A stretch of DNA of 64,000 bases from an uncultured Bacteroidales bacterium (lineage in GTDB: Bacteria > Bacteroidota > Bacteroidia > Bacteroidales > ML635J-15). The first letter of the stretch is position 1; every line of letters starts with the position of its first letter. Location of the stretch: assembly GCA_937899245.1 (NCBI GenBank), contig CALDKB010000056.1, positions 347 to 64,346 of the forward strand, read 5' to 3'. Under the pieces are notes generated by a model, which saw only the letters and a list, made by a program, of their open reading frames with translations, searched no databases and was not told where the DNA came from. Below are positions 27,501-35,798 of this stretch, in pieces. The position numbers and the translations under genes are program-made.

Positions 27501-30500
27501 CGGGTACGGCACTTGTAAATGGCGTGTGCGGCTCAAGCAATCCTGGTACCGTAACAGCAACAAATGCGGCTGGTGCACTGACTATAAAGTTCACATCTGA
27601 CAATAGTGTTACTAGTTCAGGTTGGGAAGCAGAGATTAGCTGCTATGTTCCTGGTCCGGAAGTGGTATTGCAAAGCTATACTCCAACAACAGCACATTTC
27701 AACTCCGCAACAGACCTTAATGTTACATTCGTAAACAACGGCGGCATAGCTACTGGCGCAAATACATCTGCAACACTTACAACAACCGACGAATATATTA
27801 CCCTAAACACATCAACAGCAACACTTGGGGCAATTGCACACAATGCAACAGCAATCGGAACATTCAACTTTACAGTTGCAGAAAATGCTCCTAATGGACA
27901 TGTCGCTACATTTAACGCAGTTGTAACCGATGGTTCAAATTCGTGGAACGGTATAATATATATAACTGTTGTTGGTCCTTCGTGCGAACCTCCTACAGGC
28001 ATGCAGGTCGCCCTAAATGGCTCCGATGCTACAATAACTTGGGATACACAGTCTCTTGCTCCTTTTACAATATTTGATGATTTTGAAAGTCATACAGCAT
28101 TTACGATTAACTCCCCGGGTTCGGTGGGCTGGACTTATATCGATGGTGATGCTCAAAGAACATACAGCTTTAGCAATTATAACGCTTGGACTAATGCTAA
28201 CGAGCCAATGGCCTTTATTATCTTTGATCCTACCCAGATAACATATTCAGGTTCTGGTGGCGGAACATTAGCATCAAAAGCAAATGTTACTGCTCATTCT
28301 GGAAACCAATTTGCAGCTTCTGTTAGTGCTCAGAATATGGCAAACGATGACTATATCATTTCGCCGCAACTCAACTTTAATGAAGATTTCACTTTTTCAT
28401 TCTATTATAGGGGCGGACACAGTACTTCGTATACGGAGTCGTTTGAAGTGCTTTATTCAACAACAACAAATGACGAGTCGGCATTTACTAATTCTCTAGG
28501 TACAGAAACTGCTAATGGTGGTACCAACGTATCTTGGGCACAGAAGACCTATACGGTTCCGTCAACAGCTAAATATGTTGCCATTCATTGTACTTCAAAC
28601 GATAAGTACTATCTATGTATCGATGATATCACTATCAGTGGATATGCTCTCTCCGGTGTTGCTTCTGTAAACATATACGACAACGGAACACTTATCGCCT
28701 CTAATGTTACTGCTGGCACATATACGGCAAGCGACCTAACAGCTGGCGAACACTGCTTTAGCATTCGTGCCGTTTGTGATGACAACTCAGAATCCTTGGC
28801 ATCTCAAAGTTGTGTAACAGTAACTGGTGGCCCTGCTAATTATACAATTAATGTAACTGCCGGCAATGGTGGTTCGGTAACTCCTAATGGCGCACAGTCG
28901 GTAACCGAAGGCGACAACTTCACATTTACAGCAACTGCAAACGAATGCTATCAAATCGCTTCGGCAACGGTAGATGGAATTCCGGTACAACTGTCAAATG
29001 GGTCGTACACAATTCAAAATGTTACAGCAAACCATAATGTAAATGTAACTTTCAGCCAGATTTCGTACAATGTTACAGCTACTGCAGGCGAAGGCGGAAC
29101 AATAGCAGCAGCAACAACCGCAGCATGCGGAGAAAACTTCACATTCACAGTTGAAGCGAACGCTTGCTACCAGATTGAAACCGTAACCGTAAACGGAGTT
29201 TCCGTAAATCTCAGCGGAAATACCTATACCATCAACAATGTTTCGTCCGACCAAGTTATAAATGCTACATTCTCGCAGATCTCGTACAACGTTACAGCCA
29301 ATGCGGGCGAAGGCGGAACAATCGCAGCTGCAACAACCGCAACATGCGGAGAAAACTTCACATTCACAGTTGAAGCGAACGCTTGCTACCAGATTGAAAC
29401 CGTAACCGTAAACGGAGTTTCCGTAAATCTCAGCGGAAATACCTATACCATCAACAATGTTTCGTCCGACCAGGTTATAAATGCAACATTTACTCAGCTT
29501 TCATACACAATTAATGCTACAGCAGGTAATGGCGGTTCGATTTCTGATGCGGGAACTACTTCTGTTCTTTGTGGCAACAACAAGACATACACAATCACAG
29601 CTAATGATGGCTATATGATTTCTGATGTTATTGTAAATGGTTTAAGCGTAGGTGCTGTTCCTTCTTACACATTCAGCAATGTTAATGCTAATGGTACTAT
29701 CGAAGCACGTTTCGAAGAAATCCCAGTAGGACAGGTTGTTATTAATATCAATGCTGATCCTGAAGGTGGCGAAGTTTCTCCAACTGGAACAGTAACAATA
29801 GATGAAGGTGATGATTTCACATTCACAGTTACTCCTGATAACTGCTATACAATCGGAACTGTTACAGTAAATGGTACTGCAGTATCGCTTGCTGCAAACA
29901 ATTCGTACACGATTCCAAACGTTACATCCGAACAGTCGATTAACGTAACATTCAACCAGATTGTTTACACGATTGCTGCAAGCGCTGAAAATGGCGGTAC
30001 AATAACTCCTGCTGGCGATGTTGAAGTTAACTGTGGTGCAGATGCTGTATTTACTATTACACCAGACGAAGGTTATGATATTGCCGATGTTATAGTTGAC
30101 GGACAAAGCGCTATTAATGATATTGCAAGTTACCATGTCATTGGTGCAAGCGCAAGCTACACATTCAATAGTGTAACAGAAAACGGACACAGCATTGTTG
30201 CTACTTTCAGACAGATAGCAGTAGAAGAATGTAACACGGTTACTAATCTTGAAGTTTCGGTTGAGCCATACGGAAACTTGATTTCGTGGACAGCTGTCGA
30301 AAATGCAATATCATACAACATCTTCCGCAATGACGAAACAACAGCTATTGCCAATGTCGTTTCAACAAGCTATGCTGACATGAACGGAAGTGAAGGCGAT
30401 GTTTACTACATTGTTACAATATGCCAGTATGGCGAGTCAGATCCATCTGAAAGTGTTGAGGCAATAGTGACGGCTATCGAAGAATCTGTAATTTCGGCGT

Positions 30501-30718
30501 CCATCTATCCAAACCCAACAGCAGCACAGTTTACAATCGAATGTGACGACATGCAGATGGTAGAAATTTTCAATACCATTGGCCAGATGGTCGACAGAAT
30601 TGAAGCAAATGGCAACGAAATCAAGGTTGATGCTTCTAACTGGACTGCTGGAATTTACAACTTGCGTATCACGACCGTTAAATCGGACATATTGATTAAG
30701 CAATTGATTAGACAATAA
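24566..30718 (+). CDS. Giant (2050 aa) T9SS cargo. Domains in order: gingipain-like peptidase C25, 2x PKD, CUB, adhesin/choice-of-anchor-J-like, 6x InlB-B-type repeats, FN3, type-A T9SS C-terminal sorting domain
   Basis: Signal peptide MLMKRIVFLLILCCLCAVGFAQ. Candidate C25 dyad: His in NYTAHGD (26012..26014) and Cys in VGNCCLTGNF (26108..26113), 32-33 residues apart as in gingipains. PKD signatures PVADF...NPVHTY...GTYTVSL lie at about 26771..27272. A CUB-like segment CGGTY...FYIYDG...WEAEISC lies at 27314..27643. The C-terminal CTD reads IYPNPTAAQFTIE...GIYNLRITT. Confidence 0.85.
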   Translation: MLMKRIVFLLILCCLCAVGFAQNGRIQLSPSTHKSGSLQSNTMSGFNTTFSFTSIESQLISNDKGTFSEISVDGSFPYGEVGNPSLPMVTRMVVIPQGATPTVTVNNYSETEYYLADYDINTLSAMQAPVRKDIDPTSVEYVVNRAAYEQNTYTADEIASIEYVGTIRGLRVGKLTVRPVAYNAAENSIKVYNDVDVSINFEGANAALSQDMFASTYSPAFNSVYDQFMNIGIFDFNRNSGAKNAYDDHPDLYNTPVRMLVICYSGFRNNVKLSQWLTWKLQKGYYVDIFYTDETGTTSSNIASFIRTKYNASVSAGNAYSYLIVIGDTGQVPQYGQNNIDSDIGNCAYDLGYSSIDYASNGDYFPDMFYSRISVENTTHLDNYIEKVLTYEKYEFADGGNYLNNVILVGGWDSNWTSRVARPTINYGSTNYFNSSNTTYGGFGSGTISATVSTSGSAGYSGSNNGVYNGINDGVCFLNYTAHGDKQEWYQPKLTAAQVATLTNNDKYFFGVGNCCLTGNFNNTTTSYSPGSQIGTNACFAEAMIRVPKAGAVAYVGCSPYSYWYEDFYWAVGAHSYSQGNYPSVSGSSMGAYDAMFVDEYWNSASSLLYVGNLAVEQAENSNYTTSVGAEYYFQYYHTFGDGSVMPYITKPEVNNVTVPSSIMAGATSISVNAVAGSYVAVTDNESTIYGVAVANASGVANVSLSNVPSVGNVYVVVTRQQYQPYFATVTVITPNPPVADFTGTPTTILERESVAFTSTSEYAATFLWNFGDGQTSTLANPVHTYMNPGTYTVSLRVENNLGNDSKTRTNYITVNQNTNPPVADFSADPTSVEQGGTVTFSDLSNNIPTSWSWTFEGGTPATSTEQNPTVTYSEPGDYTVTLTVTNAYGTDTETKTEYISVFYPEIIMSNETIYVCGGTYKDPSGDNDYGNNANYTQTIYPSTEGAFIRMTFSQFSLEASSGTRCYDKFYIYDGTSASGTALVNGVCGSSNPGTVTATNAAGALTIKFTSDNSVTSSGWEAEISCYVPGPEVVLQSYTPTTAHFNSATDLNVTFVNNGGIATGANTSATLTTTDEYITLNTSTATLGAIAHNATAIGTFNFTVAENAPNGHVATFNAVVTDGSNSWNGIIYITVVGPSCEPPTGMQVALNGSDATITWDTQSLAPFTIFDDFESHTAFTINSPGSVGWTYIDGDAQRTYSFSNYNAWTNANEPMAFIIFDPTQITYSGSGGGTLASKANVTAHSGNQFAASVSAQNMANDDYIISPQLNFNEDFTFSFYYRGGHSTSYTESFEVLYSTTTNDESAFTNSLGTETANGGTNVSWAQKTYTVPSTAKYVAIHCTSNDKYYLCIDDITISGYALSGVASVNIYDNGTLIASNVTAGTYTASDLTAGEHCFSIRAVCDDNSESLASQSCVTVTGGPANYTINVTAGNGGSVTPNGAQSVTEGDNFTFTATANECYQIASATVDGIPVQLSNGSYTIQNVTANHNVNVTFSQISYNVTATAGEGGTIAAATTAACGENFTFTVEANACYQIETVTVNGVSVNLSGNTYTINNVSSDQVINATFSQISYNVTANAGEGGTIAAATTATCGENFTFTVEANACYQIETVTVNGVSVNLSGNTYTINNVSSDQVINATFTQLSYTINATAGNGGSISDAGTTSVLCGNNKTYTITANDGYMISDVIVNGLSVGAVPSYTFSNVNANGTIEARFEEIPVGQVVININADPEGGEVSPTGTVTIDEGDDFTFTVTPDNCYTIGTVTVNGTAVSLAANNSYTIPNVTSEQSINVTFNQIVYTIAASAENGGTITPAGDVEVNCGADAVFTITPDEGYDIADVIVDGQSAINDIASYHVIGASASYTFNSVTENGHSIVATFRQIAVEECNTVTNLEVSVEPYGNLISWTAVENAISYNIFRNDETTAIANVVSTSYADMNGSEGDVYYIVTICQYGESDPSESVEAIVTAIEESVISASIYPNPTAAQFTIECDDMQMVEIFNTIGQMVDRIEANGNEIKVDASNWTAGIYNLRITTVKSDILIKQLIRQ
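28841..30214 (+). repeat. Array of six 70-85-aa InlB-B-type (Listeria-Bacteroides-like) repeats inside the giant gene
   Basis: The pattern Y(T/N)(I/V)xxxAxxGG(S/T)(I/V)xPxG...FT(F/I)T..A...Y.I..(V/I)xV(N/D)G...Y(T)(I/F)xNV...x(I/V)xA(T)F recurs six times. Confidence 0.7.
29057..29494 (+). repeat. Near-identical in-frame tandem duplication, 2 x 219 bp (repeats 2 and 3 of the array)
   Basis: 29057..29275 versus 29276..29494. The stretch 29124..29253 is identical base for base to 29343..29472 (130 bp). The roughly 11 differences cluster at the unit ends. Confidence 0.95.
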
Positions 30719-30729
30719 TTTTAATTACG

Positions 30730-30760
30730 GAAAGGCAGTCGAAAGATTGCCTTTCTTTTT
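30730..30760 (+). terminator. Rho-independent terminator after the giant gene
   Basis: GAAAGGCAGTC-gaaa-GATTGCCTTTC forms an 11-bp stem with a GAAA loop, followed by T5. It overlaps the track's TTG 30747 start of the next ORF. Confidence 0.8.
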
Positions 30761-30773
30761 AACAACAAGCATT

Positions 30774-31205
30774 ATGAAAAAGATTTTAATAGCATTACTA
30801 CTTTTTTGCGGGATGTTGTCAACATCATTAACAATCCAGGCTGAAGAACCGCAAAACATAGGATTATCACAAAATGCAGATTTGATAAAAATAGGAATTA
30901 TCATTGAGACCAAGGATGCAGAAAAGTCATGGAATGCGTTTCGGTTTGCGATTGCTGCCAGAAACCAAGGCTGTGAAGTAAAAGTTTTTCTTATGGGAGA
31001 AGGCGTTGAGTGTGAAACTGTTAATGAAAAGACTTTTAATGTCGGCGAAAAGATGAGCGAATTTGTAAAGGCAGGGGGCGAGATATTTGCATGCGGAACA
31101 TGTTTGAAAAGCCGCCAAATGAATGGCACTGATGTTTGCCCAATGTCAAACATGAAAACATGTGTAGAAATTGTTTTGTGGGCAGATAAGATGCTCACAT
31201 TCTAA
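30774..31205 (+). CDS. DsrE/DsrF-like family protein with a signal peptide
   Basis: ATG 30774 gives MKKILIALLLFCGMLSTSLTIQA. The core IKIGIIIETKDAEKSWNAFRFAIAARNQGCEVKVFLMGEGV ... IFACGTCLKSR resembles the DsrE fold. Confidence 0.5.
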   Translation: MKKILIALLLFCGMLSTSLTIQAEEPQNIGLSQNADLIKIGIIIETKDAEKSWNAFRFAIAARNQGCEVKVFLMGEGVECETVNEKTFNVGEKMSEFVKAGGEIFACGTCLKSRQMNGTDVCPMSNMKTCVEIVLWADKMLTF

Positions 31206-31250
31206 TGTAGTACTGGCTTTTGTTTTGCAGTACGTATAAAGTCATGACAA

Positions 31251-31284
31251 AAAAATAATGGCGGTTTTTACCGCCATTATTTTT
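31251..31284. terminator. Bidirectional terminator between convergent genes
   Basis: AAAAATAATGGCGGT-tttt-ACCGCCATTATTTTT. Confidence 0.8.
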
Positions 31285-31323
31285 ATCAAATCTTCAAGTT
31301 TGTAGTTGGTGGTGTGCCGAACA

Positions 31324-32301
31324 CTACAATTTTGCTATTTCGTCTTTTATTCTGCCCCAGCGTTTTGTGTCCATTGTTGCACCAACAACTTCAATAACAT
31401 TTCCGGCAAGAATATTACCTGCTTTGACGCATTTGTCAAGTGTCCATCCGTTTACTAGTCCATAGATGAAACCTGCTGCGAAATTGTCGCCTGCCGCAGT
31501 TGTATCAACACGTTTTGCTGGAAATTCCGGTTCGCAGTCCTTGTAGTTGCCACGTTTTACCCATGCGCCATGCTTTCCTATTTTTACTACAGCGATATCA
31601 CAGATATTTGAAATCATTTCCAGTGCGGCTTCAGGATCCTTGCCGTCGGTGAAAGCAGCGGCTTCTTCCTCGTTTGCAAAAACGATATCGACATATTTTT
31701 CAATTAGATAGCGGAGAAACTCCAGATTTTCCTCAACGACATTGTAGCTAGCCAGGTCGAGTGATATTCTCAATCCGTTTTCCTTTGCAAGCGACATTGC
31801 TTTTTCTATTAGTTCATGGTTTATGATAAGGTAGCCTTCAATGTGGAGGATGTCATAGTCCATAAATGTGGTAGAGTTGATGTCGTCTGCAGTAAGTTCG
31901 GCAGCGGCTCCTAGATAAGTTGCAAAAGTGCGTTCAGAGTCTTTGCTTACCAATGCAACAGCACGTCCGCTGGCGGTGTCGCTTTTTATCAGTCGAGGCA
32001 AAACGCCGGTGTGCTTCATGTCGCTTGCGAAGAATTCGCCAATTTCATCGTGTCCGATTTTGCCTACATATCCTGTTCCGATTCCCATATTTGCCAAACT
32101 GCGGATGGTGTTGGCAGCCGAACCGCCACTGGCCATTGTGCGTGGGAATGTACTCGTTTCGTGTTGTATTTTTTCACTTAGTTCACTGTCAACAAGTTGC
32201 ATGCTTCCTTTCGGAAGATTCAACTTTTCAAGAACCTTATCGCTGTCGATAACGGTCATAATGTCAACTAATGCGTTACCTAGTCCTATTACTTTTGCCA
32301 T
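31324..32301 (-). CDS. PfkB-family carbohydrate/nucleoside kinase (adenosine-kinase-like)
   Basis: MAKVIGLGNALVDIM from ATG 32301. The C-terminal TTAAGDNFAAGFIYG matches PfkB signature 2. The start was moved from GTG 32358 because a -7 box lies at 32319..32326. Confidence 0.8.
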   Translation of the reverse strand: MAKVIGLGNALVDIMTVIDSDKVLEKLNLPKGSMQLVDSELSEKIQHETSTFPRTMASGGSAANTIRSLANMGIGTGYVGKIGHDEIGEFFASDMKHTGVLPRLIKSDTASGRAVALVSKDSERTFATYLGAAAELTADDINSTTFMDYDILHIEGYLIINHELIEKAMSLAKENGLRISLDLASYNVVEENLEFLRYLIEKYVDIVFANEEEAAAFTDGKDPEAALEMISNICDIAVVKIGKHGAWVKRGNYKDCEPEFPAKRVDTTAAGDNFAAGFIYGLVNGWTLDKCVKAGNILAGNVIEVVGATMDTKRWGRIKDEIAKL

Positions 32302-32318
32302 ATCGAATAATTTTTTTG

Positions 32319-32326
32319 CAAATATA
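32319..32326 (-). promoter_or_regulatory. -7 box TATATTTG upstream of the PfkB kinase gene
   Basis: Match to TAnnTTTG, 17 nt before ATG 32301. Confidence 0.4.
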
Positions 32327-32351
32327 GTAAATTTATAGCAGGGCAATATGC

Positions 32352-33422
32352 CTAGCACTTGTAGTTGTTAATATTGTTGATGTCGGTAGTGCTGCTTTCC
32401 ATTTTGATGTTCTGCCTTTGTGCCTTGTCGATGTCAAGCTCATCGTATCTTCGCGGCTTGTTTTCTCCGAAGTCCATATAAACTTCAAGAAGTTCGGAAT
32501 ATACGTTGGGAATGAGTACTACGTCGGTGAGACAAGCCGGAATAAGGATGCTTTCGCCTTCGTTCAGGATTTCCTCGTTTCCTTCTGTCTTGATGGTTAT
32601 CTGTCCGTGGACGCAATGGTATATTACAAACGAGTCTATGTTGCTGTAATCTTTAATTTGCGGATTCATAACTGGCAAATAGTTGACTGTGAAGTGCTTG
32701 CAGTCGATAATTGGATTCGAGTGGTCTGGTATTCTTGTGAAAGGGATAGCCGTCTTGTCGTTTTTCTTGTAGTCGATTACATCAACGGCATACTCGGTAT
32801 GAAGTTCGCGGCCGCGGTTGTAGTCGTAAATTCGGTATGTAACATCCGATGTTTCCTGTATTTCTACCACAGTGGTGCCAGTGCACATACCGTGTATGCG
32901 GCCGGCAGGGATGAAGTAGAATTCACCCGGCTTTACGACATTGTATTTGAGCAGAGACTCAAGGTCGCCGCTTTCAATGTGGTCGAGAAGTTCACGTTCG
33001 TTTGTATCGCGCTTGAATCCGTCGATAATCTTTGCACCTTCTTCAGCTTCAAGAATATACCATGCTTCAGTCTTGCCACGTGCATTGTGAAGTTCGGCTG
33101 CTGTCGCATCGTCGGGGTGCACTTGGGCAGAAAGATTGTCCTTGGCTTCAATAATTTTCAGCAAAATTGGGAATTCGTAGCCGTATTCCTCAAAAATTCT
33201 GTCGCCGACGATTTCTTCCATGTAAACTTCAATGATTTCGTTCAGGGTGTTGCCTTTTAGAAATCCGTTTGAAATTATCGATTCATCATCAATCAGACCT
33301 GATATTTCCCAGCTTTCGCCACAGTTTTCGGGAACCTTACGGTCGTTTTTAATTTTTCTTATCTTGTCGCCACCCCAAACTTTTGCCTTGTAGATGGGTT
33401 TAAATTTTAACGGATAGAGCAT
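32352..33422 (-). CDS. manA: Mannose-6-phosphate isomerase, class I
   Basis: MLYPLKFKPIYKAKVWGG, the QVHPDD zinc-ligand motif and the cupin core PAGRIHG. Confidence 0.8.
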   Translation of the reverse strand: MLYPLKFKPIYKAKVWGGDKIRKIKNDRKVPENCGESWEISGLIDDESIISNGFLKGNTLNEIIEVYMEEIVGDRIFEEYGYEFPILLKIIEAKDNLSAQVHPDDATAAELHNARGKTEAWYILEAEEGAKIIDGFKRDTNERELLDHIESGDLESLLKYNVVKPGEFYFIPAGRIHGMCTGTTVVEIQETSDVTYRIYDYNRGRELHTEYAVDVIDYKKNDKTAIPFTRIPDHSNPIIDCKHFTVNYLPVMNPQIKDYSNIDSFVIYHCVHGQITIKTEGNEEILNEGESILIPACLTDVVLIPNVYSELLEVYMDFGENKPRRYDELDIDKAQRQNIKMESSTTDINNINNYKC

Positions 33423-33438
33423 TTGTTAAAAAGTTTTG

Positions 33439-33446
33439 TAATTTTG
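33439..33446 (+). promoter_or_regulatory. -7 box TAATTTTG upstream of udk
   Basis: Match to TAnnTTTG, 34 nt before ATG 33481. Confidence 0.4.
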
Positions 33447-33480
33447 AAATCCAAAAATAATAAAAAATTTAACACACATT

Positions 33481-34092
33481 ATGCTAGTCGTAGGAATTGC
33501 CGGAGGTTCCGGTGCAGGCAAGACAACAGTCGTAAACAAGATAACATCCCAGTTGCCGAAAGATATGGTAACTTTGGTGCCGCAGGACTCATATTATTGG
33601 GACAGCAGCCATTTGCCGATGGAAGAACGCAAGAAAATAAATTTCGACCATCCCGATGCCATTGAGTGGGAACTGCTGATTCGCCACATTAAGGAGTTGA
33701 AGGAAGGGCGTTCGGTTGACCAGCCGATTTACGCCTACATAACAAGTTCGCGTAGCAAGGAAACTCTGCTAGTAAAACCGAGCAATGTAATTATTGTTGA
33801 AGGCATTATGGTTCTCACTCAGCCCGAACTTCGCGACCTTATGGACGTGAAGGTTTACGTTGATGCCGATGCCGACGACCGCCTGTCGCGAATTCTTCGC
33901 CGCGATACCGTAGAACGTGGCCGTTCGGTAAACGATGTGCTCGAACACTATTACGAAACCGTAAAGCCAATGCACTTGCAGTTTATCGAGCCCACAAAGC
34001 GCTATGCCGACATAATAGTCCCGAACATTGGCGACAACGATGTGGCCGTAAACCTGCTCGCAAAATTTATTAAGCAACATTTGGAAAAATAA
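33481..34092 (+). CDS. udk: Uridine kinase
   Basis: 203 aa. P-loop VGIAGGSGAGKTT, followed by DSYY and NFDHPDA motifs. Confidence 0.9.
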   Translation: MLVVGIAGGSGAGKTTVVNKITSQLPKDMVTLVPQDSYYWDSSHLPMEERKKINFDHPDAIEWELLIRHIKELKEGRSVDQPIYAYITSSRSKETLLVKPSNVIIVEGIMVLTQPELRDLMDVKVYVDADADDRLSRILRRDTVERGRSVNDVLEHYYETVKPMHLQFIEPTKRYADIIVPNIGDNDVAVNLLAKFIKQHLEK

Positions 34093-34225
34093 TTGATACT
34101 CGCTAGCTGAGTGGAGTCGAAGTAGCGATGACGAAAGCAAACATCAAAGCAACCGACTCTTCGACTAACGCTTAGGGTGCGAAAACAGCGAAGCGAAAAA
34201 CTCAGAAACTTTTAAACATTAAAAT

Positions 34226-34936
34226 ATGCAAGAAATAGACCTCAAGAACGTAATGTTCATCGATATTGAGACCGTGCCAATGTGTGCAAACTTCAGTGAT
34301 ATGCCCGAAAACTTCCAGAAGTTCTGGGACAAGAAGTCTGCAAATTTCCGTGGTGAAGAAGAAACCGCCGAAGACGTTTACGAGCGAGCTGGAATTTATT
34401 CGGAATTTGGAAAGATAGTATGCATTTCGGTCGGATTTATAAATGGCGACAATTTCCGCGTAAAGTCGTTTTATGGCGACGACGAAAAGAAAATCCTGAC
34501 CGGTTTTGCCGATATGCTTCGCAAGTGGGATCCGTTTGGAAACAAGATGTTGTGCGGACACAACATTAAGGAATTCGATGTCCCATACATTGCACGCCGT
34601 ATGCTCGTAAACCGTATGTACGACTTGCCGAAGGCACTCGACCTTTCGGGAAAGAAGCCGTGGGAAATAAAACATATTGACACTCTTGAAATGTGGAAAT
34701 TCGGTGACTATAAGAATTTTACATCTCTGGCATTGCTCACTGCACTTTTCGATATTCCAACGCCAAAGGACGACATTGACGGTAGCGAGGTAGCCGGTGT
34801 TTACTACAACGACCACGATGTAGAGCGCATTGCTATCTACTGCGAAAAGGACGTTTTGGCTGTCGCAAATCTTATGCTACGTTTGCAGGGCAAAGAAATC
34901 TACACCTACGAGCAGATGGTAAGAGCATCCGAATAA
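34226..34936 (+). CDS. Stand-alone 3'-5' exonuclease related to the PolB exonuclease domain (RNase H-like fold)
   Basis: 236 aa. Exo I FIDIETV, Exo II HNIKEFDVPYI, Exo III YCEKDV (YxxxD). Confidence 0.7.
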   Translation: MQEIDLKNVMFIDIETVPMCANFSDMPENFQKFWDKKSANFRGEEETAEDVYERAGIYSEFGKIVCISVGFINGDNFRVKSFYGDDEKKILTGFADMLRKWDPFGNKMLCGHNIKEFDVPYIARRMLVNRMYDLPKALDLSGKKPWEIKHIDTLEMWKFGDYKNFTSLALLTALFDIPTPKDDIDGSEVAGVYYNDHDVERIAIYCEKDVLAVANLMLRLQGKEIYTYEQMVRASE

Positions 34937-35039
34937 ATGCACTAATGAGCTGACCAGATAAAGGCAATATGGATTCATTCGTTAACGGTTTCCTATTCGC
35001 TTTTATTAAAATTATTTTCAACACCCAAAATAAATTTGT

Positions 35040-35047
35040 TATATTTG
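35040..35047 (+). promoter_or_regulatory. -7 box TATATTTG (a second match, TAAATTTG, lies at 35031..35038) upstream of atoD-kal-kce
   Basis: Two adjacent TAnnTTTG matches, 50-60 nt before ATG 35098. Confidence 0.35.
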
Positions 35048-35097
35048 GGGCTGTTTTTTGAAAACTAGGTTTAAAACAATTAAATAAAATTATAACT

Positions 35098-35742
35098 ATG
35101 GATAAATACATTTCAGTAGAAAAGGCCGTATCAATGATTAAGGACGGCATGACTATCATGGTTGGCGGATTTTTGGGTGCAGGAACTCCGCATAAAATTA
35201 TCAAGGCTATCGCAGAAGCTGGTATTAAGGATTTGACAATCATCGGTAACGATACCGCATATCCTGACAAGGGCGTTGGTATTCTTGTTGCAAACCACCA
35301 GGTAAAGAAGGTTATTGCTTCTCATGTAGGAACAAATCCTGAGACAATCAACCAGTTCAATGCTAAGGAACTCGAAATCGAATTCGTACCACAGGGAACA
35401 CTTGCAGAACGCGTTCGTTGCGGTGGCGCTGGCTTGGGTGGCGTTCTTACTCCAACAGGTCTTGGTACTGTTGTTGCTGAAGGCAAGCGCGTAATAAACG
35501 TTGACGGCAAGGACTATTTGCTCGAACTTCCGCTTCATGCTGATGTTGCTCTTCTTGGCGCTCAGGTTGGTGACGAAACTGGTAACCTTGTTTTCAAGGG
35601 AACTTGCCAGAACTTCAACCCATATATGGCTATGGCTGCTGATACTGTTATCGCAGAAATCGAAGAAATCGTTCCAGTTGGTAAAATCGCTCCAGAAGCA
35701 GTTCACGTAGAGAACATTTTCGTTGACTATATTATTAAGTAA
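35098..35742 (+). CDS. atoD: 3-oxoacid / acetate CoA-transferase subunit A
   Basis: 214 aa, alignable by eye along its full length to E. coli AtoD (DGMTIMVGGF, ASHVGTNPET, VPQGTLAERVRCGGAGLGG, NFNP). No B subunit follows. Confidence 0.8.
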   Translation: MDKYISVEKAVSMIKDGMTIMVGGFLGAGTPHKIIKAIAEAGIKDLTIIGNDTAYPDKGVGILVANHQVKKVIASHVGTNPETINQFNAKELEIEFVPQGTLAERVRCGGAGLGGVLTPTGLGTVVAEGKRVINVDGKDYLLELPLHADVALLGAQVGDETGNLVFKGTCQNFNPYMAMAADTVIAEIEEIVPVGKIAPEAVHVENIFVDYIIK

Positions 35743-35798
35743 TTTGAATGTCGAATCATCGAATTTTCAAATCCTCGAATCATTAAATAAAAATTGAT

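Noticed and set aside
29057-29494. The near-identical 219-bp repeats as a template/variable repeat pair of a diversity-generating retroelement.
   Set aside because: The differences are not adenine-specific (t>c, a>g, g>a and c>a all occur). The two copies are adjacent and in frame within a repeat array. No reverse transcriptase gene is present in the window.
35743-35798. The repeated TCGAATCAT words and the ATTTGAA/TTCAAAT inverted repeat in the atoD-kal spacer, considered as a regulatory element.
   Set aside because: The elements are very short and AT-rich, and could easily be chance. No related motif recurs convincingly elsewhere in the window.
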